NCBI RefSeq assembly: GCF_000012545.1
Contig: NC_007681.1
Location: 1,650,001 to 1,682,000, forward strand
DNA length: 32,000 nt
Direction of reading: 5' to 3'
From: Methanosphaera stadtmanae DSM 3091
GTDB lineage: Archaea > Methanobacteriota > Methanobacteria > Methanobacteriales > Methanobacteriaceae
A program made the position numbers and the translations under genes. The notes beneath the pieces were generated by a model. That model did not search any database and was not told where the DNA came from. It saw nothing but the letters and a program-made list of their open reading frames with translations. Within the stretch, counting starts at the first letter, position 1. Each line of letters opens with the position of its first letter. Below, in pieces: positions 26,245 through 32,000 of this stretch.

Positions 26245-26252
26245 TTTATATA
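26245..26252 (+). promoter_or_regulatory. TATA box (TTTATATA) upstream of the tRNA / RNase P RNA pair
   Basis: It is an exact consensus match 58 nt upstream of tRNA position 1 and would give a leader of about 35 nt. A weaker TATAATATA at about 26266-26274 is an alternative. Confidence 0.35.
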
Positions 26253-26309
26253 TAAGTTAGGAATAAACTATAATATAGCTCTTAGTTAGAGTTGACTATT
26301 TTATTCTAT

Positions 26310-26384
<75 letters not shown>

Positions 26385-26404
26385 TCTTTAATTTATATTT
26401 AGAT

Positions 26405-26763
26405 TTGTGGTAAGCTGAAGTGCAGTTAACGGTGAATTTCACTGAGGAAACTCCATCCACTATATAAAACCATGATGTTCTTAATTGACATACACTGAGA
26501 AGTGTGATACTGATATAGAAACGATACGATAGATCTTAATCTGGTTTTGAAAGATGATACAATTAGGTTGATGATGCCAAACATAGATAATCGATGAAAC
26601 GATCAATCCATGGAGTGCAAAAGTAAATATTGTCATTTATGGTGATAGAGAATATTATTCTCTTAGAGTTTATGTTCTATTGTTGTTATAATATGACAAA
26701 AGGTATCTTGCTAAGATAAATACTGCAAAAAACATGAGGTGGGTTACTCTCAGCATGCCATAA
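26405..26763 (+). ncRNA. rnpB: RNase P RNA (archaeal type A-like); ends approximate
   Basis: P1 pairs 26408-26418 (UGGUAAGCUGA) with 26750-26760 (UCAGCAUGCCA) at 10 of 11 positions. The 5' AAGCUGAAG and a P3 hairpin are followed by GAGGAAACUCC (compare universal CR-I GAGGAAAGUCC). Internal GAUGAAACGAUC and GGAGUGCAAAAGUAAA resemble CR-II/III. The 3' CUGCAAAAAACAUGAGGUGGGUUAC resembles the CR-IV/V region. Confidence 0.75.
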
Positions 26764-26792
26764 TATTTAAATTATTATGATACAATATCTTA

Positions 26793-26800
26793 TTTTTTTT
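26793..26800 (+). terminator. Oligo-T tract (T8) downstream of the RNase P RNA; a second T7 lies at 26815-26821
   Basis: The T8 run begins about 30 nt after the P1 3' strand. Confidence 0.5.
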
Positions 26801-26834
26801 AATTTTATTAATACTTTTTTTATCTTAATAAAGT

Positions 26835-26876
26835 GTGCGCGACAATTATTTTGTCCTATTAATTGGATTGTTGCAC
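26835..26876. repeat. Compact hairpin formed by an inverted pair of the GTGCRACAAT motif (locus 3 of 3)
   Basis: GTGCGCGACAAT (26835-26846), then a 20-nt loop, then ATTGTTGCAC (26867-26876). It lies between the convergent oligo-T terminators of rnpB and the 26909 gene. Confidence 0.5.
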
Positions 26877-26882
26877 GTTTCT

Positions 26883-26890
26883 AAAAAAAA
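26883..26890 (-). terminator. Oligo-T tract (T8 on the minus strand) after the 26909-27376 gene
   Basis: An A8 run on the plus strand, 18 nt beyond the stop codon of the minus-strand gene. Confidence 0.45.
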
Positions 26891-26908
26891 GATGTTGGAA
26901 TAAGTTAT

Positions 26909-27376
26909 TTATTCCATTTCTTCAAGTTTTTTATCAATATCATCCAATCTTGATTCTATTGTTTCTACTCTGTTATTGTTGTCTTGTTTGTATTGATTGA
27001 GATCTTTTTCAATTGAATCATATTTTTCTATTATTGAATCTAAGTCTTTGTGTGTTACTAAATCCCAATCTGCTATTACTTGTTCACTTTGTTCATCAAT
27101 AAATTGATCTATTTTATTTGAAATTACATCTGCTTTAGATATATGTTCTTCATCTTCTTCATCTTGTATTCTATCTTTGATTTTTCCACTAAAATCATTC
27201 ATTTTATCTGTGATGTTTGTAAAGTATTCTTCTTGTCCTACTCTTGAGGATATGCCTGTAGCTTGTGAATGAATATTTTGGTATATTTGGTTGTTGGTAA
27301 TTTGCAGATAGTAATATATCATTATTAATATTGCTATTATTAATATTATTATAGCAAGAATTGATGCTGCTTCCAT
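26909..27376 (-). CDS. Hypothetical N-terminally membrane-anchored coiled-coil protein (155 aa)
   Basis: One N-terminal TM helix (ILAIIILIIAILIMIYYYL) is followed by an acidic heptad-like region ending ...VETIESRLDDIDKKLEEME. AGGAAG lies upstream. It lies 13 nt downstream of the preceding gene. Confidence 0.65.
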   Translation of the reverse strand: MEAASILAIIILIIAILIMIYYYLQITNNQIYQNIHSQATGISSRVGQEEYFTNITDKMNDFSGKIKDRIQDEEDEEHISKADVISNKIDQFIDEQSEQVIADWDLVTHKDLDSIIEKYDSIEKDLNQYKQDNNNRVETIESRLDDIDKKLEEME

Positions 27377-27389
27377 ATTTTAACTTCCT

Positions 27390-27800
27390 TTATTTTTTTA
27401 GAGCTTTTTCTATTTCTTCTTCTTTTTTACTGAGTTGTTCTGATAATTTTTGAAGTTTTAATAGTTCACTTTTTGCTTCTAATTGTTCTACCTTTTCTGT
27501 TACTTCAGTATTTAATAGACCCACTTTTCCTATGATTTCAGCAGTGTTTATTCTGATTTGTCTTAGTCTTTCCTGATCTTCTTCTGATAAGTCGGACATG
27601 TCTTCTTTTCTTCTTTTATTTTCTAAATCTTTTTCAACAAGTTCTATTTTCTTAAGTTCTGTTTTTTTCTCAAGTAGTAGAACGTTGTTTTTAGAGACTG
27701 CATTTTTTCGCCATTCTATAACTATTACTATTATAGCTATTACAAAAAGTAATGACAGAATAATTATCATCAATTGTTCTTCAGTGAAGGCTATATTCAT
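27390..27800 (-). CDS. Hypothetical N-terminally membrane-anchored coiled-coil protein (136 aa)
   Basis: One TM helix (LMIIILSLLFVIAIIVIVI) is followed by Lys/Glu-rich heptad-like sequence. AGAGGT lies upstream of the ATG. Confidence 0.65.
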   Translation of the reverse strand: MNIAFTEEQLMIIILSLLFVIAIIVIVIEWRKNAVSKNNVLLLEKKTELKKIELVEKDLENKRRKEDMSDLSEEDQERLRQIRINTAEIIGKVGLLNTEVTEKVEQLEAKSELLKLQKLSEQLSKKEEEIEKALKK

Positions 27801-27955
27801 AATTTAACCTCTTTTATTTTTTATTTTTAGTAAATTCATTACTTGTTACTATTATATTATTTATCTAATTAATTATACTTTTATAAGAGTATATATTTAA
27901 ATTAATAAATATAGTAAAAATATAATTAGTTTTAAAAATTTAGACCGTGATATTA

Positions 27956-28933
27956 ATGTTTGAAAAATATGAAAAAGCAGGAAAAATTGCATCAAAAGTT
28001 AGAAAAGAGGCTGTAAAGAAAATTACTGCAGGTATGAAAGTAATTGATCTTGTGGAGTGGATTGAATCAGAAATTAAAAGTACTGGTGCTGGATTATCTT
28101 TCCCATGTAATGTTTCTATCAACCAAATAGCTGCTCATTATACTTCTGCTCCTAGTGATGATACACGATTTTGTTATGGTGATATTGTAAAGATTGATCT
28201 TGGAGCTGAAGTTGATGGTTATATTTCTGATACTGCTGTTACTGTTATTGTTGAGGGCGATAATGGAGAACTTGTTGATGAGGAGGGTAAAGCTTATAAT
28301 ATGCCAGGTCGATTAGATGATGGTAATCCTGTTGTTAGCGAGGATGAAATTGAAGAAAGACATGCTATTATTAATGCTTCTAGTTGTGCATTAGAAAATG
28401 CTATTAGTATTATAAAAGAGGGAGTTACTTTAAATGAAATTGGTTACGAAGTTCAAAAAACTATGAATGATCTTGGATATAATCCTATTGTTAATCTTAC
28501 TGGCCATAGTTTAGAGCAGAATAATTTACATGCTGGTCTTTCCATTCCTAATTATCCAGATGGTAGTAATCATGAGTTAAAAGAGGGAGATCATATTGCT
28601 GTTGAACCTTTTGCTACTAATGGTGTTGGTTTGGTAAATGATATTCCCCAGCATTATATTTATTCTTTCCTTAGAAATAGGCCTATGAGACAACCTGATT
28701 CTAAACATTTACTTAATTATATTGGAAATAATTTATGTTATTTCCCTTTTGCTAGAAGACATTTACTTGAAGTTTATGATGAACATAGATTAAATAGGGC
28801 TATACGTCCTTTAATTTCTTCTAGATCTATTTATCCATACAATGCTTTGAAAGAAAAAACTGATGGTATGGTTGCTCAGACTGAGCATACTATTATTGTT
28901 GAAAAGGATGGATGTTGTGTTACTACTTTGTAA
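27956..28933 (+). CDS. map: Methionine aminopeptidase, type 2 (archaeal)
   Basis: The ORF is 27947-28933. I prefer ATG 27956 (MFEKYEKAGKIASKVRKEA), with GTGAT 4 nt upstream. It has FPCNVSINQIAAHYT, KIDLGAEVDGYISDTA, NLTGHSLE, AVEPFAT and AQTEHTIIV (metal ligands D, D, H, E, E). It aligns from memory with the Pyrococcus MetAP. Confidence 0.93.
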   Translation: MFEKYEKAGKIASKVRKEAVKKITAGMKVIDLVEWIESEIKSTGAGLSFPCNVSINQIAAHYTSAPSDDTRFCYGDIVKIDLGAEVDGYISDTAVTVIVEGDNGELVDEEGKAYNMPGRLDDGNPVVSEDEIEERHAIINASSCALENAISIIKEGVTLNEIGYEVQKTMNDLGYNPIVNLTGHSLEQNNLHAGLSIPNYPDGSNHELKEGDHIAVEPFATNGVGLVNDIPQHYIYSFLRNRPMRQPDSKHLLNYIGNNLCYFPFARRHLLEVYDEHRLNRAIRPLISSRSIYPYNALKEKTDGMVAQTEHTIIVEKDGCCVTTL

Positions 28934-28945
28934 CACTTATTTTTT

Positions 28946-31270
28946 TTATTCTTGTGTTTTCCATCCTGCTATTGCACATTGTCCCATTGATACACTTCCA
29001 TCTCCTGGACATGTTTGTTTGTGTTGTATGTATGTGTATCCTTCATTTGTTAGTGTTTCTTTAACTACTTTTGATATGTATTCATTGTAAAATACTCCGC
29101 CTGTTACTCCAATTATTTTTGTATTGTATGCTTTTGCTGTGTTTATGGCTATTTTTGATAGTGCTTCTGCTAATGTTCTTTGTGCTGCACATGCTATTTC
29201 ATCTATACCTACACCACTTTTCATTAGTTTTACTACTTCATATAGTAGTTTACTTGTGTTTATTAGGGTTTTGTTATTTTTAATTTCATATATTGGTTCT
29301 ATTTTCAGTAGATCAAATCCTTCTCTTGCTACTGATTCTAGTTTCATTGAACATTCTCCTTCATATCCCCTATTTTTACTAATTCCTAAAAGAACACTTA
29401 TACTATCAAGTACTCTCCCCATACTACTTGTTTGTGCTGTGTTGAAGTTGTTTTCTAGTTGTTTTAATGTTATATCTACTTCTTTTTCTCCATATTTAAA
29501 GTAATCTGAATAATCTGTTTTCATAAGGTTTCTTAATTCTTCAGTATCCATGATATTATATAGTATTCCCATTGCCATTCTTATTGGATATTTTGTACTT
29601 AGATCTCCTCCAGGCATTGGTTGTAGTGTGAGTCCTCCATGATTTTTATATTCTCCAGTGTTATTTAAATATAGGACTTCTCCACCCCATATATTTCCAT
29701 CTTCCCCGTATCCTACTCCATCTGCTGTTATTGCTACCATTTCATCCAATTGATGTTCTGACATTAGGCTTGCTGCATGTGCATGATGATGTTGTACTTG
29801 TATGAGTTCTGTATTGTATTTTTTTGATAGTTCTTTTGCTAGTTTTGTTGTGTTAAATTCTGGATGCATATCTGCTACTATGTAATCTATTTTATCCGTT
29901 CTTGTTAGTTTTAGAAGGTGTTTTATTGCATCTTTCATAAATTCTAGTGTTTTGTATTTTGATGTGTTTCCTATGTGTTGGGATGGATAACATTTTCCTT
30001 CTTTTAATATTGAAAATGTTACATCTAGTTCTGGTCCAAGTGCTAGTATATTTTTTGTTGTGTTTATTTTTGTAAAGTCAAAAGGTTTTGGTACATATCC
30101 TCTTGATCTTCTTATAAATGAGGGTTTGTTATTTCTGAATCGAATTACACTATCATCACACCTGTTTAGTATTTTTCTATCATGTAAGAGATAGTAGTCT
30201 GCTATATCTTCTAATTTAGTTGTTATTTCTTTATTATCTATTAACATTGGATTTCCAGGCATGTTTGCTGATGTCATCACATATGCTGGTTCTAATGTGT
30301 ACTTAAATAGTAAATGATGTAGTCCTGTATATGGCAACATTACCCCTTGATTATGTAGATTAGGTGATAGTTGTGGTGATAGATTGTATTCAGGGGATTT
30401 ATTTAGTACTACTATTGGTTTTGCTACTGATTGTAGAACTTCTTTTTCTTGTTGTGTGTATGTAACAAATAAACTTGCTGTTTGTATATCTGGTGTCATG
30501 CATGCGAATGGTTGTGTTTTTCTCCCTAATCTTTCTCTTAATTTTTCTATTGCATCATCTGTTGATGTTTTACATACAAGATGTGTTCCACCTATTCCTT
30601 TTATTGCTATTATGTTTCCCTCATCTATTAGTTGACTTGTTTGTCTTATTGGATCTCTTGTAGGTATTTTTCCATCCTTATACAAATACACCTCTGGTCC
30701 ACAATCTGGACAACATGTTGCTTCTGCATGATATCTTCTATCTAGTGGGTTTGTATATTCTTGATTACAATGTTTACATAGTGGGAATTTCTTCATTGTT
30801 GTATTTTTTCTATCATATGGTACTTCATCTATTATTGTAAATCTTGGCCCACAGTTTGTACATGCTGTAAATGGATAATAGTAGTGTTGATTGTTTGTAT
30901 CTAATATTTCATCTAGACATTCATCACATATACTCATATCTGGTGGTATTACTGCTGTTCCTGATATTTCATTACTACTATTTACTATTGTGAAGTCATT
31001 GTATTTTGGTGTTGTTTGTTCGTGTATATCTACGTGTATATTATTTATTTCAGATCTTATTGGTTTATGTTCTTGTATTTGATCTATAAAAAGTTTTATA
31101 TCATCGTATGTTCCTTGTACTACTATTTCTACTATGTTTCCCATGTTTCGTACATAACCATTTAGTTTCATTACTTTTGCTAGCCTGTATATTGTAGGTC
31201 TAAATCCTACTCCTTGAACTATTCCATCTACTAATAGATTTGCAGTGTATTGTTTCATTTTTTCCCACAT
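28946..31270 (-). CDS. hypF: [NiFe]-hydrogenase maturation carbamoyltransferase HypF
   Basis: 774-aa ORF. It has an acylphosphatase-like N-terminus (VDGIVQGVGFRPTIYRLA), two CxxC...CxxC zinc-finger pairs (CDEC...CTNCGPRFT; CKHC...CPDCGPEV), then YrdC-like and Kae1-like regions. The start is ATG 31270 or 31258. Confidence 0.95.
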   Translation of the reverse strand: MWEKMKQYTANLLVDGIVQGVGFRPTIYRLAKVMKLNGYVRNMGNIVEIVVQGTYDDIKLFIDQIQEHKPIRSEINNIHVDIHEQTTPKYNDFTIVNSSNEISGTAVIPPDMSICDECLDEILDTNNQHYYYPFTACTNCGPRFTIIDEVPYDRKNTTMKKFPLCKHCNQEYTNPLDRRYHAEATCCPDCGPEVYLYKDGKIPTRDPIRQTSQLIDEGNIIAIKGIGGTHLVCKTSTDDAIEKLRERLGRKTQPFACMTPDIQTASLFVTYTQQEKEVLQSVAKPIVVLNKSPEYNLSPQLSPNLHNQGVMLPYTGLHHLLFKYTLEPAYVMTSANMPGNPMLIDNKEITTKLEDIADYYLLHDRKILNRCDDSVIRFRNNKPSFIRRSRGYVPKPFDFTKINTTKNILALGPELDVTFSILKEGKCYPSQHIGNTSKYKTLEFMKDAIKHLLKLTRTDKIDYIVADMHPEFNTTKLAKELSKKYNTELIQVQHHHAHAASLMSEHQLDEMVAITADGVGYGEDGNIWGGEVLYLNNTGEYKNHGGLTLQPMPGGDLSTKYPIRMAMGILYNIMDTEELRNLMKTDYSDYFKYGEKEVDITLKQLENNFNTAQTSSMGRVLDSISVLLGISKNRGYEGECSMKLESVAREGFDLLKIEPIYEIKNNKTLINTSKLLYEVVKLMKSGVGIDEIACAAQRTLAEALSKIAINTAKAYNTKIIGVTGGVFYNEYISKVVKETLTNEGYTYIQHKQTCPGDGSVSMGQCAIAGWKTQE

Positions 31271-31472
31271 CTTTTTTTTTAATTAATATAATTTTTTTGG
31301 AGTTTTGTTTATTTAGTTTTGTATTTTTTTTTGTTGATAAGAAATAATTTTTATTAGTGAAAATATATAATTATAAATATATAAATATAATATTATTGAA
31401 AAACTTTTTTTTATAATTCATACATCTTGTGATGGAAAAAAGATTATAATTGAATAAAATGGAGAATATAAT

Positions 31473-32000
31473 TAATGTCTGATATATATGAGATAGGTGA
31501 AGCTTTAATTGGTGATGGACCTGAATTAGCACATATTGATCTTATAGTTGGTAGTAAACAAGGACCTGTTGGTACTGCTTTTGCAACTAACATGGCAAGT
31601 ATGAGTGTTGGTCATACTCCTTTATTATCTGTTATTAGACCAAACTTACCTACTAAACCTGCTACTCTTATTGTACCTAAAGTAACTGTACAAAATCTAG
31701 ATGATGCAAGTAAAATATTTGGTCCAGCTCAAACTGCTGTTGGTCGTGCTGTAGCAGATGCTGTTGAAGAAGAAATAATTCCAAAGGATATTGTGGAAGA
31801 TATTGTATTGATGGTTAATGTATTTATTGATCCTTCTGCTAAGGATTACCGTAAAATATACCAATACAATTATGGTGCTACTAAATTAGCTATTAAACGT
31901 GCATTTGATAAATATCCTTCTGTTGATAAGGTTTTAGCTGAAAAAGACAGAGGAACACATCCAATTATGGGATTCAAAGCTATGAAATTATGGAACCCAC
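31473..32000 (+). CDS. fae: Formaldehyde-activating enzyme (Fae; probably the N-terminal part of a Fae-Hps fusion). Partial: it runs off the right edge.
   Basis: My own translation is [72 protein letters not shown]...[17 protein letters not shown]. The frame is open for 176 codons to the window end. It closely parallels Fae as I remember it ([20 protein letters not shown]...). GGAG (31459-31462) lies 10 nt upstream of the ATG. It is absent from the ORF track because no stop lies in the window. Confidence 0.9.

Overview
Low-GC archaeal chromosome segment. The gene content points to a methanogen of the Methanobacteriales kind (Methanosphaera/Methanobrevibacter-like): HdrA, archaeal GlyA, Fae, HypF, a methanogenesis-marker-like protein, RPA-RadA beside a LeuC/LeuD/LeuB-type cluster, and an archaeal initiator tRNA next to RNase P RNA. 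This is inference from composition and remembered synteny, not a database hit. I support 24 protein-coding genes. Two run off the window edges and are absent from the supplied ORF track: a minus-strand gene at 1-1951 and plus-strand fae at 31473-32000. I also support one candidate 28-aa small ORF, one tRNA and one RNase P RNA. There are two mobile elements. One is a TnpB-only IS200/IS605-type element with a candidate omegaRNA (about 7.1-8.45 kb). The other is a 1168-bp IS with 28-bp terminal inverted repeats and a transposase split over three frames (10.89-12.06 kb). Most of the window is ordinary housekeeping: leucine, purine, riboflavin and C1 metabolism, recombination and replication, and hydrogenase maturation. 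Most worth a second look: (1) the intact-looking TnpB with a structured 3' flank; (2) a long hairpin with a textbook K-turn geometry, a competing hairpin and a small uORF in front of a CPA2 antiporter gene; (3) a G+C-rich motif family (T)GTGCRACAAT found only in intergenic DNA, always as inverted pairs, at three loci; (4) initiator tRNA-Met only 23 nt upstream of the RNase P RNA, with no room for a separate promoter. I saw no CRISPR array, no rRNA and no obvious defence island. Family calls rest on reading the translated sequences and recalling family motifs; no searches were run.
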